Shown here piece by piece: positions 1 to 9,236 of a DNA stretch of 52,751 nt. Below the pieces are notes generated by a model, which saw nothing but the letters and a program-made list of their open reading frames with translations, had not been told where the DNA came from and made no database searches. The stretch lies in assembly GCA_030618105.1 (NCBI GenBank), contig JAUXED010000004.1, forward strand, positions 1 through 52,751, read 5' to 3'. Numbering within the stretch: the first letter of the stretch is position 1; the number at the start of each line of letters is the position of its first letter. Made by a program: the position numbers and the translations under genes. The DNA is from Bacteroidota bacterium. GTDB taxonomy: Bacteria; Bacteroidota; Bacteroidia; Bacteroidales; VadinHA17.

Positions 1-107
1 TCTTGTATCTTGTATCTTGAATCTTGTATCTTGTATCTTGTATCTTGTATCTTGTATCTTGAATCTTGTATCTTGAATCTTGAATCTTGTATCTTGAATC
101 TTGTATC
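1..107. repeat. Heptamer tandem array (TCTTGWA)x15, truncated by the window start
   Basis: 15 consecutive TCTTGTA/TCTTGAA units read directly. Confidence 0.97.
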
Positions 108-124
108 ATTAAAAACCAAATATC

Positions 125-502
125 ATGAAAATCAACAAGTACGAAGACATTTCTCAAATAGACAGAGAAGCAAAAAAGGATTATATCGACAGACATTCGG
201 CTTTTGTTCACTGTGAAAAACAAGCAAAAGCAGGTGAAAAATTTAAAGTGAAAGTGAAAGTCGGAGATCAATATAAACATCCCGATGATCCTGATCATTA
301 CATTGCCTGGGTGCAATTATGGAATGGCGAAAAAATGCTTGCACAAGCAAACTTCATTGAAGGTGCATTAGGAAACCAGGCCGAAAATCTGGAAGTGGAT
401 TTTTATATTGTCCCAAAAACGAATATGAAACTCGTTGCTCAAGCATTTTGCACTAAACACGGTTTATGGCAAAGCAAAGAAGTTTCAGTTGGTGTTGAAT
501 AA
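125..502 (+). CDS. Superoxide reductase / desulfoferrodoxin (class II SOR-like)
   Basis: Fe ligand pattern RH...HPDDPDHYIAW...CTKHGLW; adjacent to rubrerythrin and rubredoxin. Confidence 0.88.
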   Translation: MKINKYEDISQIDREAKKDYIDRHSAFVHCEKQAKAGEKFKVKVKVGDQYKHPDDPDHYIAWVQLWNGEKMLAQANFIEGALGNQAENLEVDFYIVPKTNMKLVAQAFCTKHGLWQSKEVSVGVE

Positions 503-531
503 AGAAGAATTTTAAATAAATATGAAATAAA

Positions 532-1107
532 ATGAACTCATTAAAAGGAACAAAAACAGAACAAAATCTATTAAAATCATTCGCCGGAGAATCGCAGGCA
601 CGAATGAGGTACGATTATTTTGCAAAACAGGCAAAAAAGGAAGGCTATGAGCAAATAGCTGCAATATTTGCTGAAACAGCCTTAAATGAAAAAGAACATG
701 CAAAAAGGTTTTTCAAATTCCTTGAAGGCAGACCTGTTGAAATAACGGCTATTTATCCTGCCGGAAAGATAGGAACTACCTCTGAAAATCTAAAAGCATC
801 AGCTATGGGCGAAAATGAAGAGTGGACAGAATTGTATCCTGAATTTGCAAGAATCGCAGATGAAGAAGGATTCGATGAAGTTGCAACTACTTACAGAATG
901 ATTGCCAAAGTAGAAAAAGCTCACGAAGAGAGGTATTCCAAATTGCTAACTAATCTTGAAGAAGGTAAAGTATTTGAGAGTAACGGAAAGGTTATTTGGA
1001 AATGCCGCAATTGCGGATATTTACACGAAGGAACAAAAACTCCTGAAACATGTCCTGCCTGCTTGCATCCACAAGCATATTTTGAATTGAAAGAAAATAA
1101 TTATTAA
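532..1107 (+). CDS. rbr: Rubrerythrin
   Basis: FAGESQA, EKEHA, EKAHE diiron motifs; C-terminal CRNC...CPAC rubredoxin-like domain. Confidence 0.96.
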   Translation: MNSLKGTKTEQNLLKSFAGESQARMRYDYFAKQAKKEGYEQIAAIFAETALNEKEHAKRFFKFLEGRPVEITAIYPAGKIGTTSENLKASAMGENEEWTELYPEFARIADEEGFDEVATTYRMIAKVEKAHEERYSKLLTNLEEGKVFESNGKVIWKCRNCGYLHEGTKTPETCPACLHPQAYFELKENNY

Positions 1108-1151
1108 CATAAATATTTCATTTTATAATCTATAACTAAAAAAGAAACATT

Positions 1152-1316
1152 ATGAAAAAGTATGAATGTACAGTATGCGGTTATATTTATGACCCTGAAA
1201 CAGGTGATCCTGACGGAGGAATAGCTCCCGGAACAGCTTTTGAAGACATCCCTGATGATTGGGTTTGTCCTGAATGTGGAGTTGGAAAAGAAGACTTTGA
1301 ACTTGTTGAAGAATAA
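1152..1316 (+). CDS. Rubredoxin (54 aa, not in the ORF track)
   Basis: [54 protein letters not shown] with two CxxC motifs. Confidence 0.97.
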   Translation: MKKYECTVCGYIYDPETGDPDGGIAPGTAFEDIPDDWVCPECGVGKEDFELVEE

Positions 1317-1330
1317 TAAAAATAATTATT

Positions 1331-1383
1331 ATGAATTTTTAAAACCGGGGGATACAGCCCCCGAGTTTACTTTTGAAAATTAG
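1331..1383 (+). pseudogene. Possible remnant of a Bcp/peroxiredoxin 5' end, overlapping a GC hairpin (1346-1363)
   Basis: With one added T it reads MNFLKPGDTAPEFTFEN*, like the peroxiredoxin N-terminal L-x-x-G-D-x-A-P-x-F motif; CGGGGG-ATACAG-CCCCCG followed by a T-rich tail could also be a terminator. Confidence 0.4.
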
Positions 1384-1426
1384 TTTGACAGTATAAACTG
1401 ATGTTAACTAAATAAATTTCAAACGA

Positions 1427-3118
1427 ATGAAAAATGATATTTCAATAGTTCTATCAGGAGAAGCAGGACAAGGAATCAGAACTGTTGAGTTGCTAATGAT
1501 CAAGGCTTTGAAAAATTCTGGTTATAATGTATTTTCTACCGCTGAACTTATGTCGAGGGTCAGAGGAGGCAATAATACTACCGAAATCAGAGTATCAAAT
1601 GAAAGAATTGAGGCTTATGTTGATAAAATTGATATTTTAATTGTATTAAGTAAAAATGCTATTTTCAGAATAGAAAACCGGCTTACCAGGGACACAATAA
1701 TTATAGGTCAAAATAATTTTATAGAGGAAAAATATATAAATGGTCATTATAAAATAAAGGATGTGGCAATAAGTTCATTAGCCAAAGAGGTTGGTGGCTT
1801 GATATATTCTAATGTTATAACTTATGGACTTTTATCCGGTATTTTTGATATCAATTTAAATCTGATTAAAGAGTCTATCACCAGGCATTTCTCAACTAAA
1901 GGAAAAGAAATTACAGATAATAATATTAATGCAGTAATTAAGGGCTTTAAAAAAGGCAAGGAGCTGAAATTAGGGATACAAGTTGAAAAAGATGAGATAA
2001 TAAAAAATCAGGTTTTATTAAGCGGAACTGAATCTATTGGTATAGGTGCATTAGCCGGGGGTTGTAATTTTATTACTGCATACCCAATGTCACCATCAAC
2101 CGGCGTAATACAATTTTTAGCCAGACATTCTGAAGAGTTTGGAGTTGTTATTGAACAGGCAGAAGATGAAATTTCTGCAATTAATATGATCCAGGGTGCC
2201 TGGTATGCCGGGGCACGGGCAATGACTACAACATCGGGAGGTGGATTTGCTCTTATGGAAGAAGGTATAAGCAATGCAGCTATAACTGAAGTGCCAATTG
2301 TAATTCATCTTGCCCAACGACCGGGACCTTCCACAGGACTTCCTACAAGAACCGAGCAAGGCGATTTAAACCTGGCTTTATATGCAGGTCATGGTGAATT
2401 CCCGAGAATAATTTTTGCTCCCGGTAATTTTACGGATGGAATTTACTTAACTCAAAAAGCATTTAATCTGGCTGATAAATTTCAGGTTCCTGTAATAATT
2501 TTAACTGATCAATTTTATATTGATTCATTTCAAAGCATCAAATCAATTGACTTTACAGATTTTAAGGTAGAGAATTTCGTTACAAGAACAGATAAAGATT
2601 ATAAAAGGTACAAAAATACTGATGATGGAATATCCCCAAGAGGAATTCCAATGCAAGGAGATGGATTTGTAAGGTTTGATAGCCACGAACATGATGAGGA
2701 TGGATTTATCACTGAAGATCCTGATATAAGAACAAAAATGGTGGACAAAAGACTTAAAAAACTGGAGTCTTATTCAAAGGAATCTATAGATGCTGAAATT
2801 ATTGGCTCAAAAAACTACAAAACATTAATTGTAGGCTGGGGTTCAACTTATGGAGTTATTAAAGAAGCAATCGAAAAACTTAATGATAATGATCTTGCTT
2901 TTGCATATTTTAAACAAGTTTATCCATTACCTAATAATACAAAAGAAATTCTGTCAAAAGCAAAAGAACTAATTATTATTGAAAATAATGCTACATCTCA
3001 ATTCGGACAACTTATTAAAAGATATACAGGGATGGAATTCACAAATCGTATTTTGAAATATAATGGAATGCCTTTTTCATTAGAAGAAATTATTGAAAAA
3101 CTAAAGGGAATGCAATAA
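1427..3118 (+). CDS. 2-oxoacid:ferredoxin oxidoreductase alpha subunit (gamma-alpha fusion)
   Basis: GEAGQG, YPMSP, EQAEDE, TTSGGG and [10 protein letters not shown] motifs. Confidence 0.93.
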   Translation: MKNDISIVLSGEAGQGIRTVELLMIKALKNSGYNVFSTAELMSRVRGGNNTTEIRVSNERIEAYVDKIDILIVLSKNAIFRIENRLTRDTIIIGQNNFIEEKYINGHYKIKDVAISSLAKEVGGLIYSNVITYGLLSGIFDINLNLIKESITRHFSTKGKEITDNNINAVIKGFKKGKELKLGIQVEKDEIIKNQVLLSGTESIGIGALAGGCNFITAYPMSPSTGVIQFLARHSEEFGVVIEQAEDEISAINMIQGAWYAGARAMTTTSGGGFALMEEGISNAAITEVPIVIHLAQRPGPSTGLPTRTEQGDLNLALYAGHGEFPRIIFAPGNFTDGIYLTQKAFNLADKFQVPVIILTDQFYIDSFQSIKSIDFTDFKVENFVTRTDKDYKRYKNTDDGISPRGIPMQGDGFVRFDSHEHDEDGFITEDPDIRTKMVDKRLKKLESYSKESIDAEIIGSKNYKTLIVGWGSTYGVIKEAIEKLNDNDLAFAYFKQVYPLPNNTKEILSKAKELIIIENNATSQFGQLIKRYTGMEFTNRILKYNGMPFSLEEIIEKLKGMQ

Positions 3119-3975
3119 TGACAACTATTTTTGATTTTGACCAAATACCTGAAACAAGTTGGTGTCCCGGCTGCGGAAATTTTGCTATTCTAAAAGTTTT
3201 AAAGGAAGCTTTGGGTGAATTAAATATTGATCCTAAAAACCTGGTTATATCTGCAGGAATTGGACAGGCAGCTAAAATATCTCAATATATAAACGCTAAT
3301 TGTTTCAATGGATTACATGGCAGAGCACTTCCCGTTGCAACGGGAATAAAAGCTTCAAATCCCGATCTTATTGTTGTGGCTGAAGGTGGTGATGGCGACA
3401 TGTATGGTGAAGGTGGCAACCATTTTATACATGCAATAAGAAGAAATATTGATATAGTAAACATTGTACATAATAATATGGTTTATGGATTAACATTAGG
3501 ACAGGCTTCACCAACAAGCAGAAAGGAATTTAAAACTCCCTTACAATTGGAAGGAGTTTCTTCAGAGCCGTTTAACCCAATTGCTGTTGCTATTTCTTTA
3601 GGTGCATCTTTTGTGGCAAGAGCATTTTCAGGAGATATGAAACAAATGAAAGAAATATTGAAAGAAGCTGTCAAGCATAAGGGCTATGCTCTTGTAGATA
3701 TTTTTCATCCATGTGTTTCGTTTAATAAAATTAATAATTTCAAATGGTTTAAAGACAATACATATTATCTCAATGAAAACTATGATAATACTGATAAAAT
3801 GGAAGCATTAAAAAAAGCATTTGAGACTGATAAATTTCCATTGGGCGTTATCTATACAAATGGGGAAAACAAAACTTTTGAAGAAAATTTAATAACATAT
3901 AAAAACGATAAAAGACCACTATATAAAAGAGAAGTTAATCTGGAAAAAATAGAAAAATTATTAGCATCTAATTAA
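3118..3975 (+). CDS. 2-oxoacid:ferredoxin oxidoreductase beta subunit (TPP-binding)
   Basis: WCPGCG, HGRALP and GDGD...NN TPP motif; start overlaps the alpha stop. Confidence 0.94.
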   Translation: MTTIFDFDQIPETSWCPGCGNFAILKVLKEALGELNIDPKNLVISAGIGQAAKISQYINANCFNGLHGRALPVATGIKASNPDLIVVAEGGDGDMYGEGGNHFIHAIRRNIDIVNIVHNNMVYGLTLGQASPTSRKEFKTPLQLEGVSSEPFNPIAVAISLGASFVARAFSGDMKQMKEILKEAVKHKGYALVDIFHPCVSFNKINNFKWFKDNTYYLNENYDNTDKMEALKKAFETDKFPLGVIYTNGENKTFEENLITYKNDKRPLYKREVNLEKIEKLLASN

Positions 3976-3999
3976 AATTGTTTAAAAAAAGAAAACATT

Positions 4000-4164
4000 A
4001 TGAAAAAGTATGAATGTACAGTATGTGGTTATATTTATGACCCTGAAACAGGTGATCCTGATGGAGGAATAGCTTCCGGAACAGCTTTTTAAGATATCCC
4101 TGATGATTGGGTTTGTCCTGAATGTGGAGTTGGAAAAGAAGATTTTGAACTTGCTGAAGATTAA
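4000..4164 (+). pseudogene. Second rubredoxin copy with in-frame TAA at codon 31
   Basis: 8 differences over 165 nt from 1152-1316; GAA->TAA at 4090-4092. Confidence 0.9.
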
Positions 4165-4257
4165 TAAATTACATAAACATAACTAATTTAAAGTAAGGTA
4201 ATCCCACTCACGGTTTTATTGGGAAAACTTATGATATAACCGTAAAGGAAAAATACG

Positions 4258-5073
4258 ATGATTATTGAATGGTTAGAAAAATACAATCCTGTAACCCAGG
4301 CACTAATAGCTACATTATTTACGTGGTTACTAACCGCGATGGGGGCAAGTTTGGTCTTTTTCTTTAAAACAATTAACAGAAAAGTACTTGATGGAATGCT
4401 TGGATTTGCTGCAGGAATAATGATAGCTGCAAGTTTCTGGTCATTACTGGCACCTGCTATTGAAATGTCGGAAAATTCAGGTAAAACGCCATGGATACCG
4501 GCTGTTACAGGATTTTTAGCAGGCGGCGCTTTTTTATGGATAATTAATAAAATATTGCCACACCTTCATCTCGGTTATAAAAAGTCGGAAGCAGAAGGTA
4601 TTAAAACCGGATGGCAAAAAAGCGTTTTACTTGTTTTGGCAATTACACTGCATAATATTCCTGAAGGCCTGGCAGTTGGTGTTGCATTCGGAGCATTGGC
4701 ATCAGGTTTTCCGTCAGTTACACTTACAGGAGCTGTTGCATTAGCTATTGGAATTGGTATTCAGAACTTTCCTGAAGGTACTGCTGTTTCTGTTCCGCTA
4801 AGAAGAGAGGGATTATCAAGGTTTAAAAGTTTTTGGTACGGGCAATTGTCGGGGATTGTCGAACCCATTGCCGCGGTTGTTGGTGCAATTGCGGTTCTAT
4901 CAATGACAAATTTCCTGCCATATGCTTTATCTTTTGCAGCAGGGGCAATGATATTTGTTGTAATTGAAGAACTTATACCTGAATCGCAATTAAACAAAAA
5001 CAATGATATTGCAACTGTTGGAGCTTTGATAGGCTTTTCATTAATGATGGCATTAGATGTTGCTTTAGGCTGA
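4258..5073 (+). CDS. ZIP (GufA/ZupT) family metal transporter
   Basis: AITLHNIPEGLAVG and IQNFPEG motifs; multiple TM segments. Confidence 0.95.
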   Translation: MIIEWLEKYNPVTQALIATLFTWLLTAMGASLVFFFKTINRKVLDGMLGFAAGIMIAASFWSLLAPAIEMSENSGKTPWIPAVTGFLAGGAFLWIINKILPHLHLGYKKSEAEGIKTGWQKSVLLVLAITLHNIPEGLAVGVAFGALASGFPSVTLTGAVALAIGIGIQNFPEGTAVSVPLRREGLSRFKSFWYGQLSGIVEPIAAVVGAIAVLSMTNFLPYALSFAAGAMIFVVIEELIPESQLNKNNDIATVGALIGFSLMMALDVALG

Positions 5074-5300
5074 ATAATTCATCACACAAAGACGCAGAGG
5101 GCGCAAAGATTTGAATTGAAATAATTTTAATCCTCCTTCGCGTTCCGCTTCGGACTTCGGCCGACATAGTCGGCTACGTCCGACGAAGTTGGAGGACGAG
5201 AAGAAAATTGAAATTGAATGTTTAAAACACTTATTGCTAATTTGGTTATTCTTTGCGGCTTTGCGGCTTTGCGAGAGATTTTATGAATAATGCAGGTTAG
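5065..5300. repeat. Inverted-repeat-bounded non-coding element with inverted octamer arrays and a central nested hairpin
   Basis: Imperfect outer IR 5065-5084/5281-5300; CGCAAAG-type units 5082-5108 facing (CTTTGCGG)x3 at 5251-5276; TCCTCC...GGAGGA hairpin 5131-5196. Confidence 0.65.
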
Positions 5301-5323
5301 GTTAAAAACAAAATTGAAACAAC

Positions 5324-5536
5324 ATGAATTTAGTCAAACGGATAATTAATTTTTACATAGACGGGTTTAGAAACCTTGATAAACTTGGCATAAAGCTATG
5401 GATAATTATTGGCATCAAACTATTTATCATGTTTGCTATTCTGAAACTGTTCTTCTTTCCTGATTTTCTGAATTCCAGATTCGATACAGATGAACAAAAA
5501 AGTGAATATGTAATTCAATCGCTTACAAAAAATTAA
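5324..5536 (+). CDS. DUF4492-like small membrane protein upstream of cydA
   Basis: FYIDGFR...LWIIIGIKLFIMFAILKLFFFPDFL; typical position before cydA in Bacteroidota. Confidence 0.85.
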   Translation: MNLVKRIINFYIDGFRNLDKLGIKLWIIIGIKLFIMFAILKLFFFPDFLNSRFDTDEQKSEYVIQSLTKN

Positions 5537-5540
5537 GGTT

Positions 5541-7070
5541 ATGGAAGCATTTGATATGTCTCTCGTAAATTGGTCAAGAGCACAGTTTGCCCTTACGGCG
5601 ATGTACCATTGGATTTTTGTTCCACTTACCCTCGGTTTATCTTTTATTATAGCATTTATGCATACAAGATACTACAAAACCGGAAGTGAGAAGTGGAAAA
5701 ATACAACCAAATTCTGGATGAAATTGTTCGGGATAAATTTTGCCATAGGTGTGGCAACAGGAATAATTCTTGAATTTGAATTTGGAACAAACTGGTCAAA
5801 TTATTCATGGTTTGTCGGTGATATATTCGGAGCACCCCTGGCTATAGAAGGAATTATGGCTTTTTTCCTTGAATCTACATTTATTGCCGTAATGTTCTTT
5901 GGATGGAACAGGGTTAGTAAAAAGTTCCATATGCTGTCATCATGGTTTGTAGCCATCGGAGCTAACCTTTCGGCTCTATGGATATTAGTTGCAAATGCAT
6001 GGATGCAAAACCCTGTTGGAATGAAATTTAATCCTGATACAGCCAGGAACGAAATGGAAAACTTTGCAGAAGTACTATTCTCACCAACAGCAATCAACAA
6101 ATTTCTTCATACTATTTCTAATGGTTATGTAGTCGCTTCATTATTCGTAATTGGTATCAGCGCCTGGTATATTCTTAAAGGAAGACATCTTGAATTTGCA
6201 AAACGAAGCATTCTTGTAGCTTCCGTTTTCGGTCTCTTGTCATCAATATTTGTTGTTATTACCGGAGATAGCTCTGCACATAACGTGGCTCAAATACAAC
6301 CTATGAAATTTGCTGCAATGGAAGGAATTTATGAAGGAAGCGAAGGAGTTGGCTTAACTACTATCGGAATGGTGACACCCGGTAAAAGATATGACAATAA
6401 TAAGAATGATTTTGTTTTTGCATTAAAAGTGCCTAAAATGCTCTCATACCTTGCCAACAGAAACAGTAATTCTTTCGTTCCCGGGATAAACGATCTGATT
6501 GACGGTAACAAAGACCATGATATTATTCCAATAAGCGAAAGAATGGAAAATGGCAAATTAGCTATTAACGCATTTAAGGAATATAATAACTCTGAAGATG
6601 CTGAAATAAAGGAAGGTGCTTTAAAGACTCTTGAAGAAAACTATCAGCATTTTGGATATGGTTACTTACCCGATAAAAAGTCAGCTATTCCAAACGTTCC
6701 CATAACATTTTACAGTTTTCACATTATGGTGAGTTTAGGATTCTTCTTCATTGTTCTGTTTGGTGCATTCCTGATCTTTTCTGCTAAACAAAAAATTGAA
6801 AGTAGAAAGAAATGGCTAAAACTAGCTGTATGGTCTATCCCGCTGGGATTTTTAGCTTCTGAACTTGGATGGGTCGTGGCAGAAGTCGGGCGTCAACCCT
6901 GGACAATTCAGGACATCCTTCCAACTATGGTATCTACTTCCCATTTGAGCACTTCATCAGTTCAGGTAACGTTTTGGGCTTTTGTTGCACTATTTACTGT
7001 TCTGTTAATTGCAGAAATTAAAATCATGCTTTATCAAATAAAATCAGGACCAAAAAATATGGAGGATTAA
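5541..7070 (+). CDS. cydA: Cytochrome bd ubiquinol oxidase subunit I
   Basis: RAQFALTAMYHWIFVP, EFEFGTNW, QPMKFAAME, GRQPW. Confidence 0.97.
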   Translation: MEAFDMSLVNWSRAQFALTAMYHWIFVPLTLGLSFIIAFMHTRYYKTGSEKWKNTTKFWMKLFGINFAIGVATGIILEFEFGTNWSNYSWFVGDIFGAPLAIEGIMAFFLESTFIAVMFFGWNRVSKKFHMLSSWFVAIGANLSALWILVANAWMQNPVGMKFNPDTARNEMENFAEVLFSPTAINKFLHTISNGYVVASLFVIGISAWYILKGRHLEFAKRSILVASVFGLLSSIFVVITGDSSAHNVAQIQPMKFAAMEGIYEGSEGVGLTTIGMVTPGKRYDNNKNDFVFALKVPKMLSYLANRNSNSFVPGINDLIDGNKDHDIIPISERMENGKLAINAFKEYNNSEDAEIKEGALKTLEENYQHFGYGYLPDKKSAIPNVPITFYSFHIMVSLGFFFIVLFGAFLIFSAKQKIESRKKWLKLAVWSIPLGFLASELGWVVAEVGRQPWTIQDILPTMVSTSHLSTSSVQVTFWAFVALFTVLLIAEIKIMLYQIKSGPKNMED

Positions 7071-7073
7071 GCA

Positions 7074-8228
7074 ATGTTTGAAAATATGTCACATTTGGCT
7101 TTACAACAATATTGGTGGATAATAATTTCTTTACTGGGCTCTTTACTTGTATTCTTAATGTTTGTTCAGGGTGGACAAACTCTTGTAAGCCAGTTAGCAA
7201 AAACCAGTACCGAAAGGAAACTATTGTTTAATTCTGCCGGCAGAAGATGGGATATTACTTTTACTACCCTTGTAACTTTTGGAGGTGCATTCTTTGCTTC
7301 CTTTCCTCTTTTTTACTCTACCAGTTTCGGGGGAGCCTACTGGGTTTGGATACTTATACTTTTCAGCTTTATTATTCAGGCTGTGTCATATGAATACAGG
7401 ACAAAACCTGAAAACTTTCTGGGAGAAAAAACCTATAACACTTTTTTATTTATTAATGGTTTGGTTGCAACTATTTTAATAGGTATTGTTGTTGGAACAT
7501 TTTTTACTGGATCTGATTTTTCAGTGGATAAACTCAGACTTACAGAATCGGGAAATAATGTCATTTCACAATGGGAAGGTCCTGCACATGGACTTGAAGC
7601 TGCTCTTAATCTAACTAACCTCAGTTTAGGTTTAGCAATTTTTACATTGTCAAGAATACTCGGAGCTCTCTATTTTATCAATAATGTTGATAATAAAGCA
7701 TTAGTACACAGAGCATCACATCTTCTGAAGTTTTGCTCAATTGCTTTTTTGGTCTTCTTCTTGCTTTTTACCGGACTGATATTAACTGGTGAGGGGTTTG
7801 CTGTTAATCCTGAATCTCAGGAAGTTTATATGGAGAAATATAAATACCTCCACAATTTTATTCAAATGCCCGTTGTACCGGTGATCTTCCTTTTGGGTGT
7901 TGTTGGAGTTCTTGCCGGTATATACATGGGAGCATTTTTAAAATCTGGTAAGGGTATTTGGTTTGCGGGTGCCGGAACCATTTTAACAGTGTTTAGTATT
8001 TTCTTACTTGCCGGTTTCAACAATACTTCATTTTATCCTTCAACATATGACCTGCAGAGCTCGTTAACTATTCAAAATGCTTCATCCAGTAAATATACTT
8101 TAACTGTAATGAGCTATGTTTCCTTATTGGTTCCATTTGTTATCGGCTACATCTGGTATTCATGGAAATCGTTGAATAAAAAGAAGATTAATGAAAAAGA
8201 TATTAATAATGATGATATGGCATATTAA
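7074..8228 (+). CDS. cydB: Cytochrome bd ubiquinol oxidase subunit II
   Basis: Polytopic membrane protein after cydA; GGAFFASFP and SLTIQNASSS motifs. Confidence 0.95.
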   Translation: MFENMSHLALQQYWWIIISLLGSLLVFLMFVQGGQTLVSQLAKTSTERKLLFNSAGRRWDITFTTLVTFGGAFFASFPLFYSTSFGGAYWVWILILFSFIIQAVSYEYRTKPENFLGEKTYNTFLFINGLVATILIGIVVGTFFTGSDFSVDKLRLTESGNNVISQWEGPAHGLEAALNLTNLSLGLAIFTLSRILGALYFINNVDNKALVHRASHLLKFCSIAFLVFFLLFTGLILTGEGFAVNPESQEVYMEKYKYLHNFIQMPVVPVIFLLGVVGVLAGIYMGAFLKSGKGIWFAGAGTILTVFSIFLLAGFNNTSFYPSTYDLQSSLTIQNASSSKYTLTVMSYVSLLVPFVIGYIWYSWKSLNKKKINEKDINNDDMAY

Positions 8229-8391
8229 TAAAATAGGTTCGTAAAGTAATCATGAATGTTAATATTAGTTAAAGGAAAATGTTACGGAATAAGGCTGACA
8301 CAAAGGCTAAGGCTAAGGCTAAGTAACAAAGAAAATAAACACAAGGTTAAAGGAATAAGTTTAATATGAAAACATAAAAACAGAAAATATT

Positions 8392-8502
8392 ATGGAATAC
8401 TTAAGTTCGATATTTTGGTTGGTTTCATGGCCTGTTTTAATACTAATTTCATATCAGTTAGTAAAGTTATTTCTGAGAAAATTAAAATTACCGGAAGATT
8501 AG
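8392..8502 (+). CDS. 36-aa single-TM protein after cydB (candidate CydX/CydS-like subunit)
   Basis: MEYLSSIFWLVSWPVLILISYQLVKLFLRKLKLPED; A-rich leader, one hydrophobic helix, basic tail. Confidence 0.65.
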   Translation: MEYLSSIFWLVSWPVLILISYQLVKLFLRKLKLPED

Positions 8503-8519
8503 CCGGTTATAAATAATAC

Positions 8520-8692
8520 GTAACTAATTAGTCGGCCCGTCCGACCGGAGTCATCCGGGCGGGCAGTCCACAGTCAACAGTTGACTTAAAAATGTAAAGT
8601 ATAATAAAATTAGTCATTTTGAATTTTAGACATTTAATCATTTAATCATTTACGCATTTATTCATTTTATTCATAAGACACTGAATAGTTAC
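8520..8692. mobile_element. MITE-like element with GTAACTATTCAG-type ends (copy 1)
   Basis: GTAACTAATTAG (8520-8531) ... CTGAATAGTTAC (8681-8692); interior shared with 30755-30886. Confidence 0.6.
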
Positions 8693-8726
8693 AATAATAC
8701 ATATTTATTAAGGGAGACAATAAATT

Positions 8727-9152
8727 ATGAATGCCAGTATAAAAGCCAGTGCAAAATTGCTTATAGAAAAAGATATAAGACCATCGGTTCAACGAATCGG
8801 AGTCCTCGAATATTTACAAAACAGTAAAAACCATCCAACAGTTGATAATATATATAACGATCTGGTAAAGGAAATTCCGACATTATCCAAAACTACAGTT
8901 TATAATATATTAAAACTGTTCACTGAAAAAAATGTTGCACGTATTGTCAGAATTGGAAACAATGAAGCCAGATATGACGGAGACACCTCCATTCATGGCC
9001 ATTTTAAATGCGCTAAATGTGGTAATATCTACGATTTTAATGTTAATATGGAAGAATTAAAGCTTACCGGGTTAGATAAATTTAAGATTAATGAATACCA
9101 TATCTATCTGAAAGGTATTTGTGAAAATTGTAATACAGAGATGGTTGAGTAG
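8727..9152 (+). CDS. Fur/PerR family transcriptional repressor
   Basis: HPTVD, SKTTVYN, HGHFKCAKCG, C-terminal CENC; at the end of an oxidative-stress cluster. Confidence 0.93.
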   Translation: MNASIKASAKLLIEKDIRPSVQRIGVLEYLQNSKNHPTVDNIYNDLVKEIPTLSKTTVYNILKLFTEKNVARIVRIGNNEARYDGDTSIHGHFKCAKCGNIYDFNVNMEELKLTGLDKFKINEYHIYLKGICENCNTEMVE

Positions 9153-9236
9153 TTGAGTGGTTTAGTGGAGGGACCCTTAGAATTTCGACTCTTCGACTTC
9201 TTCACTCTCTGCTCTTTGCTCTCTGCTCTTAGCTCT
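9143..9236. repeat. Converging short tandem arrays after the fur and tal stop codons
   Basis: AGTTGAGT-like 8-mers on +; GAGCARA 7-mers then GAGTCGAA 8-mers on -. Confidence 0.75.

Noticed and set aside
10-216. 68-aa ORF with LESCILYLVSC repeats
   Set aside because: It is the translation of the heptamer array and overlaps the SOR gene out of frame.
4090-4092. In-frame stop in the rubredoxin copy as selenocysteine, pyrrolysine or recoding
   Set aside because: The codon is TAA replacing Glu, and TAA is the main stop codon throughout the window.
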